Shown here: piece after piece, positions 1 to 7,767 of the stretch
How the letters are laid out: each line of letters starts with the position of its first letter
How positions within the stretch are numbered: the stretch's first letter is position 1
Assembly: GCA_029856365.1 (NCBI GenBank)
Contig: JAHQWW010000097.1
Location: 1-14,058 of the forward strand
Origin: Candidatus Hodarchaeota archaeon
Lineage (GTDB): Archaea; Asgardarchaeota; Heimdallarchaeia; Hodarchaeales; Hodarchaeaceae
Reading direction: 5' to 3'
DNA: 14,058 nucleotides
The notes under the pieces: model-generated
Database searches by the model: none
What the model saw: the letters and a program-made list of their open reading frames with translations, nothing else
Told to the model about the DNA's origin: nothing
Position numbers and translations under genes: made by a program

Positions 1-408
1 ATTTTGACTATAACCAGCTTTTTCTAAGTTTCTATCAGTAAATGTGTCTTGATTTACTATCAGGATTCCTTTTGGTTTTAAATCTGACAGATTAACTTTT
101 AATGCAGCAGGATTCATTACTACAAGAGCATCTAAATCATCACCAGGAGTAGAGATAGTCTCAGAAGAAAAATGAATCTGAAACCCCGAAACACCGGCAA
201 GTGTACCTGCAGGCGCTCGGATCTCTCCTGGAAAATCAGGGAAAGTAGAAATATCATTACCATAAATAACTGATGCAGTGGTGAATTTTAACCCAGCTAA
301 TTGCATTCCATCTCCACTATCCCCTGCGAGTCGAATCACAACATGATCAAGAGTTGAAATTTCTTTTTCCTGATCTGTTTTTCTCTCCTCTGAGATTATT
401 TCTTCCAT
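1..408 (-). CDS. korA: 2-oxoacid:ferredoxin oxidoreductase alpha subunit (gamma-alpha fusion, KorA type), N-terminal 136 aa, truncated by the window edge
   Basis: Not in the ORF track. Hand translation from ATG at 408: [39 protein letters not shown]...[26 protein letters not shown]...[20 protein letters not shown]. These match the KorA signatures [16 protein letters not shown] and MNPAALK. GGTGA lies just upstream. Substrate specificity cannot be established here. Confidence 0.93.
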   Translation of the reverse strand, partial: MEEIISEERKTDQEKEISTLDHVVIRLAGDSGDGMQLAGLKFTTASVIYGNDISTFPDFPGEIRAPAGTLAGVSGFQIHFSSETISTPGDDLDALVVMNPAALKVNLSDLKPKGILIVNQDTFTDRNLEKAGYSQN

Positions 409-431
409 AAAATTTCACCGAAATGTGCTGT

Positions 432-911
432 TCAAGCTCCTTCTCTCTCTTTCTGGTCTGGTTGATCTGGTATTAGAGTATAAATGCTCTCAGCAAAATA
501 ATCTACTAAATAAGATACAAAATCTCGAACTGAAACAACACCTTTCACTTTTCCTTGGTCGATGATAGGCATATGCATGAAATTATTCCTTTCCATTGTC
601 ATAACAAGTTGGGAGATCGGTTCACTCCTCTCCATACAGCACTCTAATTCAGTTGACATTATAGTACTTATCGGAGCTTCCTCATTCAGAGTACTATCTC
701 TCACCCAACGCACAATGCGCTGTTCTGTTACGATGCCCTTAAATCTCCCTTGATCGTCCAATATACAGACATAATCTATTTCCTTATCTAGCATTGATTT
801 AATGGCTTCTCTAATACTTGCTGTTTCAGGTAATGTGTTAATCTGTTTGCGAATCAAACGTTCGCATGGATCCTTTCGGAATAAATTAAGAATATAGTCT
901 CCATATTCCAT
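432..911 (-). CDS. CBS-pair (Bateman) domain protein, 159 aa
   Basis: Two CBS repeats: ASIREAIKSM...VCILDDQGRFKGIVTEQRI and ISQLVMTM...HMPIIDQGKVKGVVSVRDF. Co-oriented between acnA and korA. Confidence 0.9.
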   Translation of the reverse strand: MEYGDYILNLFRKDPCERLIRKQINTLPETASIREAIKSMLDKEIDYVCILDDQGRFKGIVTEQRIVRWVRDSTLNEEAPISTIMSTELECCMERSEPISQLVMTMERNNFMHMPIIDQGKVKGVVSVRDFVSYLVDYFAESIYTLIPDQPDQKEREGA

Positions 912-973
912 TATTTAACCACATCTTTTTCAGTTCTTTCTAAAATACATGTAATTATGCGGTTGACACTCCA

Positions 974-3667
974 TTAACTAATGGTTGAAACTAGATATTG
1001 CAGAATTCCTCCACGCTTATAGTATTCAATTTCAATAGCCGCATCCAAACGCACTGTGACAGAAAATTCGAGTGTAGAACCATCTGATTTACGTGCAATC
1101 ACCTTGAGCTTCTTTTTTGGAGTTAAACCTTCGCTTAATCCTACAATATCGAATTTCTCTGTCCCGTTTAAACCGAGTTCCTGCCATCCTTGATTAGTTT
1201 CAAATTCCAATGGCAGTACCCCCATTCCAATAAGGTTACTTCTATGAATTCGTTCAAAAGATTTGGCAATTACTGCTTTAGTTCCTAATAAAGCAGGGCC
1301 TTTTGCAGCCCAATCTCTAGAACTTCCTACGCCATATAGATCTGAACCTAAAATGATTGTTGGAGCGTTTTCTTTATCGTATCTCATTGCTGCATCATAT
1401 ACACTCATGACTTCCCCAGTAGGATGATATTTAGTCCACCATCCTTCTTTTTCTGGTGTTAGCCGGTTTCTAACCCGAATATTGGCGAAAGTACCCCGCA
1501 TCATCACTTCATGATTCCCTCTTCGACTACCATATGTATTAAACTCTGTTTTAGGGATCCCCTTATCTATTAGATATTTCCCTGCGGGGCTTTCTGTGGC
1601 AATAGCTCCTGCGGGAGAAATATGGTCTGTAGACACTTTATCTTCCAGCAAAATTAGTACGTTAGCATCCTTGATATCCTCGGGTTCCTTAGATTGAGGG
1701 GAAAAGAATTTTTTACTGAAAAATGGAGGTTTTTTAATATATGTCGAAGAGGGATCCCATTCAAAGAGAATTGTCGTTGGAGCTTCTAATTTTTGCCAAT
1801 TAGGATCACCTATTGTTATCTTCGCATATTCTTTTTTATATATTTCAGCTGAAATACAACGATTAATAGCTTCTCGTATTTCAGCCTGACTAGGCCAAAC
1901 ATCTTTCAGAAATACAGGTTTACCATTTGGAGTGTAACCGATGGGCTCAGTTGTGATATTAATGTCAATGGTTCCAGCCAAAGCATATGCTACAACTAGT
2001 ATTGGAGATGCAAGAAAGTTTCCACGAGTTAATTGGTGAATTCGTCCCCCATAATTCCGATTTCCACTTAGAATGGAAGTAACATACAGATCATTCTCTT
2101 TTAGAGTTTCTTCAATTTCTGTTCTTAATGGACCACTATTTCCGATACAAGTGGTACAGCCATATCCAACAAGGTGGAAACCCAAAGCTTCTAAATATGG
2201 AAGGAGGCCAAGATCATCAAGATAATCTGTCACAACTTTAGAGCCTGGAGCTAAACTAGTTTTAATAAAAGGTTTTATTCGTAACCCTAATTCGACAGCT
2301 TTCTTTGCTAATATACCTGCACCAACCATAACTGAGGGATTCGAGGTGTTTGTACAAGAAGTTATTGCAGCAATAACCAGATCTCCCTCTTTGATGAGCC
2401 AAGACATCCCATCCAAATCAACATTGGTTACCAACCGTTCTCTTCCCCGAGCTCTTGTATGCTCATCTAAAAACTTGTTTAACCTAGCTTTAGCTTCTGA
2501 AATGACAACCTGTTCTTCAGGATTTAATGGCCCAGATATGGATGATCTAATATTACTCAAGTCTACCTCAATAACCTCTGTAAATGTCGGATCAGGCGTA
2601 TCAGGATATCGAAAGAGTTTATTCTTCTTTGCATAATTTTCCACGAATTTAATATGCTCAGGATCTCTACCACTTAATTTCAAATATGAAATGGTCTGAT
2701 CATCAATCGGAAAAAATCCAATCGTAATAGCTTGTTCTGGAGACATGTTTGAGAGAGTTGCACGATCAGGAACAGTCAAACTAGTAACTCCTGGCCCAAA
2801 ATATTCAACAAATCGCCCCACTAAATTTTGCTTTCGGAGAATTTCAGTTATTGTCAAAACGAGATCGGTCGCGGTGGTTCCTTCTAGAAGAGTTCCTGTT
2901 AGCTTAATTCCTATGACTTCAGGAAGCGGCATATAATATGGTTGTCCTAGCATCACTGCTTCTGCTTCTATCCCTCCAACTCCCCAGCCAATTACTGCAA
3001 CACCATTTACCATTGGAGTATGCGAATCCGTTCCTACACAGGTATCTGGAACAGCAGTCAATTCTCCTTTAAAGTCTCGCATATCAACAACTGAAGCTAA
3101 ATATTCCAAGTTTACTTGGTGGCAAATACCAGAACCAGTAGGGACAATTCTCGTATTATCAAAAGAATTTTGAGCCCATTTTATTAACTTATAACGCTCA
3201 CTATTCCTTTCATATTCTTTCTCTAAATTTAATGGATAAGCATCATGAACTCCAAAGAAATCTACTTGAACACTATGATCAATTACTAAATCTGTCGGGA
3301 TCAAGGGATTTATTTTAGTAGGATCTCCACCCAATTCATGGACAGCATCTCGAATAGCTGCCATATCCACAATCAATGGTACACCTGTTAAATCTTGTAA
3401 AAGGACACGAAAAGGCATATATGGAATTGTTTGCCCAGCAAAGTGTGGCCAATTCAGAATAGTATTCACATGTTCAAGAGTGACAAGTTTACCATCATAA
3501 TTACGGATACTATTTTCAAGAAGCACACGAATCGAAAAAGGAAGTTTATCAAGATTAATACCAGTAAGCTTACTCAGTATTGGTAAGCTATAAAATGTAC
3601 ATTCACCTAAACCAAAATCTTGTTTCAGTTTAGTTTGAGTTATTATTTCTTCATCTAATTCATTCAT
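974..3667 (-). CDS. acnA: Aconitate hydratase, AcnA/IRP family, ~897 aa (likely start MNELDEE at 3667)
   Basis: Motifs LPFSIRVLLEN, DLVIDHSVQVD, GICHQVNLEYL, GTDSHT, AAITSCTNTSNP, GYGCTTCIGNSG (three Fe-S cysteines in total), TDHISPAG, YGSRRGNHEVMMRGTF and GSSRDWAAKG. The 37 codons from 3778 to 3668 are AT-rich and repeat-containing and look like promoter DNA. Confidence 0.96.
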   Translation of the reverse strand: MNELDEEIITQTKLKQDFGLGECTFYSLPILSKLTGINLDKLPFSIRVLLENSIRNYDGKLVTLEHVNTILNWPHFAGQTIPYMPFRVLLQDLTGVPLIVDMAAIRDAVHELGGDPTKINPLIPTDLVIDHSVQVDFFGVHDAYPLNLEKEYERNSERYKLIKWAQNSFDNTRIVPTGSGICHQVNLEYLASVVDMRDFKGELTAVPDTCVGTDSHTPMVNGVAVIGWGVGGIEAEAVMLGQPYYMPLPEVIGIKLTGTLLEGTTATDLVLTITEILRKQNLVGRFVEYFGPGVTSLTVPDRATLSNMSPEQAITIGFFPIDDQTISYLKLSGRDPEHIKFVENYAKKNKLFRYPDTPDPTFTEVIEVDLSNIRSSISGPLNPEEQVVISEAKARLNKFLDEHTRARGRERLVTNVDLDGMSWLIKEGDLVIAAITSCTNTSNPSVMVGAGILAKKAVELGLRIKPFIKTSLAPGSKVVTDYLDDLGLLPYLEALGFHLVGYGCTTCIGNSGPLRTEIEETLKENDLYVTSILSGNRNYGGRIHQLTRGNFLASPILVVAYALAGTIDINITTEPIGYTPNGKPVFLKDVWPSQAEIREAINRCISAEIYKKEYAKITIGDPNWQKLEAPTTILFEWDPSSTYIKKPPFFSKKFFSPQSKEPEDIKDANVLILLEDKVSTDHISPAGAIATESPAGKYLIDKGIPKTEFNTYGSRRGNHEVMMRGTFANIRVRNRLTPEKEGWWTKYHPTGEVMSVYDAAMRYDKENAPTIILGSDLYGVGSSRDWAAKGPALLGTKAVIAKSFERIHRSNLIGMGVLPLEFETNQGWQELGLNGTEKFDIVGLSEGLTPKKKLKVIARKSDGSTLEFSVTVRLDAAIEIEYYKRGGILQYLVSTIS

Positions 3668-3709
3668 AATATAAAGATTGAAATACACGAATTTAAGATT
3701 TAGGTTTGG

Positions 3710-3737
3710 TTTTTTCGTAATTTTTTCGTAATTTTTT
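3710..3737. repeat. Tandem 11-bp direct repeat TTTTTTCGTAA x2 plus a partial T-run, upstream of acnA
   Basis: 3710-3720 and 3721-3731 are identical, followed by TTTTTT. Confidence 0.7.
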
Positions 3738-3890
3738 ATTTTATCTATAAGAGAAAAGTAAAGTAATTTAATCTCCAAAATTTAGGTTTTAGGTTGTCAG
3801 CTGCCAATTGTTTGAGGGGTTTCTTATCGGTCCTAATACTCTGAGGGATTTGTAAGGATCACAAAACTAGTTTAGAAATTATAGAAATTT

Positions 3891-3945
3891 TTGAGAGGAG
3901 GAAAGGTTCCCACCATAGTCCTGGAACTTTACTTTCAATTTTTTT
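3891..3945 (+). terminator. Stem-loop followed by a T tract (terminator-like or RNA structural element)
   Basis: 3897-3910 GGAGGAAAGGTTCC pairs with 3923-3936 GGAACTTTACTTTC at 13/14 positions, 3 of them G-U, which favours the + strand. It is followed by AATTTTTTT. No + strand gene lies immediately upstream. Confidence 0.35.
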
Positions 3946-4125
3946 ATTAGCCTCTGATATTCATTACACATTGGGTATGTTAAAGTTTTTATATAAAAAT
4001 TGCAGCTAGCGTTGGTTATTTCACATCTGGTATATAACCTCCTTGTATCCCAAGAATTTAGATTAAATGAATAGCCAATTTAAGATCATTTTAATATCAA
4101 TAGAATATGAGTTGTCCAATCATGA

Positions 4126-4182
4126 ATACGAGCATTCGGTTTGCTCCAACAAGTCGTTGGTATTACCCACGACCCTCTGTAT
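4126..4182 (-). ncRNA. Putative structured RNA element (three-way junction), unassigned
   Basis: The minus strand folds as AUAC-AGA-[GGGUCGU/ACGACUU]-GUUG-[GAGCA/UGCUC]-GUAU. It is 27/57 GC inside an AT-rich spacer. No family recognised. Confidence 0.3.
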
Positions 4183-4362
4183 ATTGAAATAAAAGAGTTA
4201 CAATAATAATTAATATTGATACTTCTTCACCTTTAGATTCTGGATAGATGGTAATTCCTTTTCTGTTGTATGAAGAACAAGTCTTTCATTTAATGCATAT
4301 AGTTTTCAAGCTTTACTAAAAGAAGTTTTTACTTGATTGTTTTCTGTAGCTTTTTTGATCAT

Positions 4363-4500
4363 TCAATCTATTTCTGAAAAATCTTCCTTACCTGCTCCAC
4401 AATCAGGGCATGTCCAGTCATCTGGAAGTTCTGCAAATGGTATTCCTTCAACTTCTTCATCGTAAACATAACCACATATGTCACATTCCCATTTAGCCAT
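4363..4500 (-). CDS. Rubredoxin, short 45-aa type
   Basis: Below the ORF-track cutoff. [45 protein letters not shown] has CxxCGY, LPDDWxCPxCG and KxxF motifs. AGGTGA lies 5 nt before the ATG. Confidence 0.97.
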   Translation of the reverse strand: MAKWECDICGYVYDEEVEGIPFAELPDDWTCPDCGAGKEDFSEID

Positions 4501-4798
4501 TATAATCACCTTTTTTCAATTAGTTTCCCATTTTTCAGAGGCTGTGAATTTTGTATGTTAACCAGGAGGATTTAGAATAACCTCGCTAGGAGAACTCATT
4601 CTTCAAGTTCTTTTAATAATGATTTCGGTTTAATGTCAGAGAGATATAATTATTTCCCAAAACATCATTTTTTTAACATTTTTTTGATCTAAAATTTTCA
4701 AAATGTGGAAATTATAACGTAACAGTTTTTTACTTGTAGAGAATTTCATTAAAATGCTGAAATTCGCTTGTATTAACATTCTTTACACGAAAAATGGT

Positions 4799-5128
4799 AT
4801 GAGTAGTTCGATTATGTCTTTAGATTCGATTAAAATCCCTGGGGACGTTGAAACTGTTGAAGGTACGAAAAAACAATATAGTGATATTTTTCTTTTTGCA
4901 ATCTCAACATGTATGTGGTGTAAAAAAGGTAAAAGATGGCTTAACGAGCACGGATATAGTTATTCGTACCTTGATATAGATAAAATTATAGTGGAGAAAA
5001 AGAACCAGTTGAAAAACGACATTGAAAAAGTCTTTGGAATTAGACCAAGATTTCCGTTTCTTGTTGTCAATAAGATGCAATATGATTCGGGATTTAACCC
5101 AGAAATTTGGGAGGAAATAATCCAATGA
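4799..5128 (+). CDS. Glutaredoxin-like (NrdH/Grx) protein with a CMWC active site
   Basis: LFAISTCMWCKKGKRWL...YSYLDID...RFPFLVV...SGFNPE gives a thioredoxin fold with CxxC, cis-Pro (FP) and GF motifs. Start uncertain (4754, 4799 or 4814). The stop overlaps the next ATG (ATGA at 5125-5128). Confidence 0.88.
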   Translation: MSSSIMSLDSIKIPGDVETVEGTKKQYSDIFLFAISTCMWCKKGKRWLNEHGYSYSYLDIDKIIVEKKNQLKNDIEKVFGIRPRFPFLVVNKMQYDSGFNPEIWEEIIQ

Positions 5129-5454
5129 CAAAAAAATCATATGATGATGTTCAGGAATACATAAAGAAAATCTCAAATCGAAAAGGGTGGAAGCTGAATT
5201 CTGACCCTGAAACCCTGAATGATTTGATCAAAGGATTATTAGATAACTTTAACCGATTAGGATACTATAATTGCCCTTGTCGTGATAGTCAAGAAGACCG
5301 TCAACTTGACAGAGATATTATCTGCCCTTGTCGGTATGCAGAACCAGATATAGCAGAATATGGTTATTGTTATTGCACTCTTTATTTAAACACCGATTAT
5401 GATCAAAACCAACTCATGAAAATGATTCCTGAAAGACGTCCCCCAATAATATAA
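5125..5454 (+). CDS. Ferredoxin:thioredoxin (glutaredoxin) reductase catalytic (beta) subunit
   Basis: GYYNCPCR...DIICPC...GYCYCTLY gives the CPC/CPC/CxC pattern of the FTR catalytic chain, with a C-terminal IPERRP. The ATG at 5125 has GGGAGG upstream and overlaps the Grx stop, so it is preferred over the TTG at 5107. Confidence 0.92.
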   Translation: MTKKSYDDVQEYIKKISNRKGWKLNSDPETLNDLIKGLLDNFNRLGYYNCPCRDSQEDRQLDRDIICPCRYAEPDIAEYGYCYCTLYLNTDYDQNQLMKMIPERRPPII

Positions 5455-5521
5455 CGTTGTTAATAGGTTAAAAAGAAAATTAAAAATATGTGAATCCTTC
5501 ATTATATCTAATGAGCTTAAT

Positions 5522-6718
5522 TCAACTTACATCTGGTAGAACTTTTCTTATTTTAGTTTCATTGTCTGAAATGGATTTCTCTTCTGTAAATATATTTCTA
5601 ATTAGAGGGATAGCTTTTTTGAAACCTAGAATGATTGCCGCTTTAATTTTATCATTGTGAACATATAATTTAACATATTCATTCTCATTAACAAATTTTC
5701 TTACGCTATAACCTAATTCAGGTTCTTTTCCAGTGTAACCAAAAGAACTCAAAAATAAATCAGTTACTTTGAGAGTTGAAGATATCTTCGAACCCTTATA
5801 CTTTGTTTCCATATTAATCATATTATGAGCTGCGATTCTTGCTTGTTGAATACTAGGAGGAATAAGCCCATATACCATTCCATTATGTTCTGCACAATCT
5901 CCTGACGCAAAAATGTTTTTTTGTGATGTTTCTAAGTAATCATTAACAACAATACCACGATTAATTGCCAAGAAATCCTTTACCAGTTCTACTCTAGGCT
6001 TAATACCTGTGCAAGCCAGTACCAAATCTGTTGAGATTTCTAAACCATCTTTAGTAATGACTTGTTCCACTTCATTTTCTCCAGTAACTTTCTGTACTTC
6101 TTTTTTTACATAGATTTTAATTCCACGTTCTTCTAGTATTTTTCTGAGGATGTTTCCTCCTTCTAAATCCAATTGTCTTGGTAATAGATAAGGAAAGAAT
6201 TCAATAACGGTTGTTTCTTGGCCTTGTTTGGCAGCTGCGCTAGCAATTTCAAGACCAAGAACCCCACCTCCAATAATCACAGCCTTTTTACTTACTTTAA
6301 ATCGATCACGAATTTTTAATGCATCGCTAAGACTTCTTACCTCATAAAAATGATTTAATTGTCTTCCCTCGATAGGAGGGCACCAACAATCTGCCCCAGT
6401 AGCAACTAACAACCGATCGAATGGATAAGCTGTTTTGTGAGTTATAATTTCATTTGTTTTGATATTAATTTTCTCTACTTTTTCTTGAATATGTAAATCT
6501 ACTTCCAATTTTCTGTACCAGTTAATATTATAAGCAATGGTGTCTTCCACAGTCATCTTATTATTTCCAATGAAAGCTGGGATTTTTGGGCGGTTATAAT
6601 AACCTGGAAAAGGTTCATCTGTGAATTGGAGTATTGTCGAATTAGATGATTTTTCCTTCGCCAAGACTTGAATAGCAGAAACACCAGCTACTCCATTGCC
6701 TATAACAACGTATTTCAT
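5522..6718 (-). CDS. FAD-dependent pyridine nucleotide oxidoreductase, probable NAD(P)H:rubredoxin oxidoreductase
   Basis: FAD motif VVIGNGVAG, YNRP, LLVATG, NAD motif VIIGGGVLGLE, GIVVNDYLETS...IFASGDCAE. No Nox/CoADR redox cysteine near position 42. The specific role is inferred from the neighbouring SOR and rubredoxin. Confidence 0.85.
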   Translation of the reverse strand: MKYVVIGNGVAGVSAIQVLAKEKSSNSTILQFTDEPFPGYYNRPKIPAFIGNNKMTVEDTIAYNINWYRKLEVDLHIQEKVEKINIKTNEIITHKTAYPFDRLLVATGADCWCPPIEGRQLNHFYEVRSLSDALKIRDRFKVSKKAVIIGGGVLGLEIASAAAKQGQETTVIEFFPYLLPRQLDLEGGNILRKILEERGIKIYVKKEVQKVTGENEVEQVITKDGLEISTDLVLACTGIKPRVELVKDFLAINRGIVVNDYLETSQKNIFASGDCAEHNGMVYGLIPPSIQQARIAAHNMINMETKYKGSKISSTLKVTDLFLSSFGYTGKEPELGYSVRKFVNENEYVKLYVHNDKIKAAIILGFKKAIPLIRNIFTEEKSISDNETKIRKVLPDVS

Positions 6719-6729
6719 TATAATCGTGA

Positions 6730-6764
6730 TTTATTGGCAATAAAATTCCCCTTAATAAGTATAT
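6730..6764 (-). promoter_or_regulatory. Putative TATA-type promoter (ATATACTTATTAAG) plus a perfect 7-1-7 palindrome before the oxidoreductase
   Basis: The palindrome TTTATTG-G-CAATAAA (6730-6744) lies between the TATA-like element (6751-6764) and the ATG (6718). The gene has no obvious Shine-Dalgarno site. Confidence 0.5.
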
Positions 6765-6782
6765 AGCCAGATAAGCTGGTTG

Positions 6783-6800
6783 AAAAAATATAAAAAAAAA
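6783..6800 (-). terminator. Oligo-T tract downstream of sor (archaeal-type terminator candidate)
   Basis: The minus strand has a T-rich run (T9-ATA-T6) starting about 33 nt after the sor stop. Confidence 0.45.
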
Positions 6801-6832
6801 GGATTACTCTAATAATGACATAAAAATCATTA

Positions 6833-7189
6833 TTAGAGAGTAAGGGGTTGCTCATTTCTCCAAAAGCCGTGGATATTGCAGAAAGAGAACGCAATTAACG
6901 TTCCAGGTTTATTGGTCTTAATAGAAAAGAATCCTTTGGGTTCCGTCCGGCCGGCTTCCCCGTGCGAATTAAATTCAATCTTCCCAATTTCAACTGGAAA
7001 TTTCTCTCCTTCGGGGTGGAACAGGAGTTGAATCCATCGAATGTGATGTTCGACCGTATTTGGATGCTCAATTTCCTTTCCCACACTGACCTCAACCAAT
7101 ACTGGGTCTTTACTCTTTACTTCAATAACTGGAGCGTGTTTCTCCTTCTTCCAATCCGCTGACTGGAAAAATTCGTTATAATCTACCAT
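6833..7189 (-). CDS. sor: Superoxide reductase, 1Fe (neelaredoxin / class II SOR)
   Basis: EKHAP, HPNTVEHHIRWI and CNIHG supply the Glu, four His and Cys ligands. There is no desulforedoxin domain. AGGTG precedes the start. Confidence 0.96.
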   Translation of the reverse strand: MVDYNEFFQSADWKKEKHAPVIEVKSKDPVLVEVSVGKEIEHPNTVEHHIRWIQLLFHPEGEKFPVEIGKIEFNSHGEAGRTEPKGFFSIKTNKPGTLIAFSFCNIHGFWRNEQPLTL

Positions 7190-7246
7190 ATTTCACACCT
7201 TTATAACTATTAGTCTTGTTTTGTATCTATTTGTTTTCTGAGGAAC

Positions 7247-7732
7247 CTAATCTTCGCCTCTTACAGTATGTTGATCGAAGAGTATGTCATTTTTAAACGC
7301 AGCCTGCCTTTCCACCATTTCAGAGGCGTTAGCTTCTTCCTCGATCTGTTCGGTAACAAACCACTGTAGTAATTCTCTTGGGTTGTAATCTTTTAACTCT
7401 TCAGCTAGAGTCACCAGCTCATGAATTTTCCCTGTTATATATTGTTCGTGTGCATAACCTGTTTCTACAATTTCTTTCACAGAGGCCCAATCAGATTTGG
7501 GTTCAGGGATTGTTGGGATTTTAGCTGTTCCGCCGACATCAATGATATAATTGATAAACTTGTAAGCATGAGCTAGTTCTTCGTTGTATTGTGCCCAGTA
7601 CCAACTGGACAGTTTATTAAATGAATGTTCTTTCAACCAAATGCTCATACTCAAGTAAATGTACGCAGAATTAAGTTCTTCTCCAACTTGTATATTTAGC
7701 GCTTCATTGAATTTTTCACTAATTAGAACCAT
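7247..7732 (-). CDS. ftnA: Non-haem prokaryotic ferritin, 161 aa (start MVLISEKF)
   Basis: ALNIQVGEELNSAYIYLSM, EELAHA, HEQYITGKI and LQWFVTEQIEEE contain all the ferroxidase-centre residues. The ATG at 7732 has GAGG upstream. The track's TTG start at 7792 falls inside a hairpin. Confidence 0.95.
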   Translation of the reverse strand: MVLISEKFNEALNIQVGEELNSAYIYLSMSIWLKEHSFNKLSSWYWAQYNEELAHAYKFINYIIDVGGTAKIPTIPEPKSDWASVKEIVETGYAHEQYITGKIHELVTLAEELKDYNPRELLQWFVTEQIEEEANASEMVERQAAFKNDILFDQHTVRGED

Positions 7733-7767
7733 TTTTTTTTCCTCTTGACTCGTTATTAGACGTTTTT

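Noticed and set aside
562-753. 63-aa + strand ORF
   Set aside because: Antisense shadow of the CBS gene with no motifs.
2346-2936. + strand ORFs of 96 and 63 aa
   Set aside because: Antisense to acnA with no recognisable features.
3668-3778. 37-aa N-terminal extension of aconitase in the ORF track
   Set aside because: AT-rich promoter-like DNA with tandem repeats. Aconitase-like sequence begins after Met at 3667.
3895-3916. GAGGAGGAAAGGTTCCCACCAT resembles the RNase P RNA 5' conserved region
   Set aside because: No matching 3' AACAGAA...P4 partner on the same strand. The flanks are AT-rich and the segment pairs locally instead.
3880-4182. SRP RNA, suggested by the Alu-like fold at 4126-4182
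   Set aside because: No helix-8 CAGG-GNRA-AGCAG S domain downstream, and the sequence is too AT-rich.
4163-4362. Short minus-strand frames after rubredoxin interrupted by TGA (possible selenocysteine readthrough or pseudogene)
   Set aside because: Readthrough products show no redox motif or recognisable family, and no convincing SECIS is visible.
4904-5176. 90-aa minus-strand ORF
   Set aside because: Antisense to the well-supported Grx and FTR genes.
6895-7162. Two 66-aa ORFs overlapping sor
   Set aside because: Alternative-frame and antisense shadows of a confident gene.
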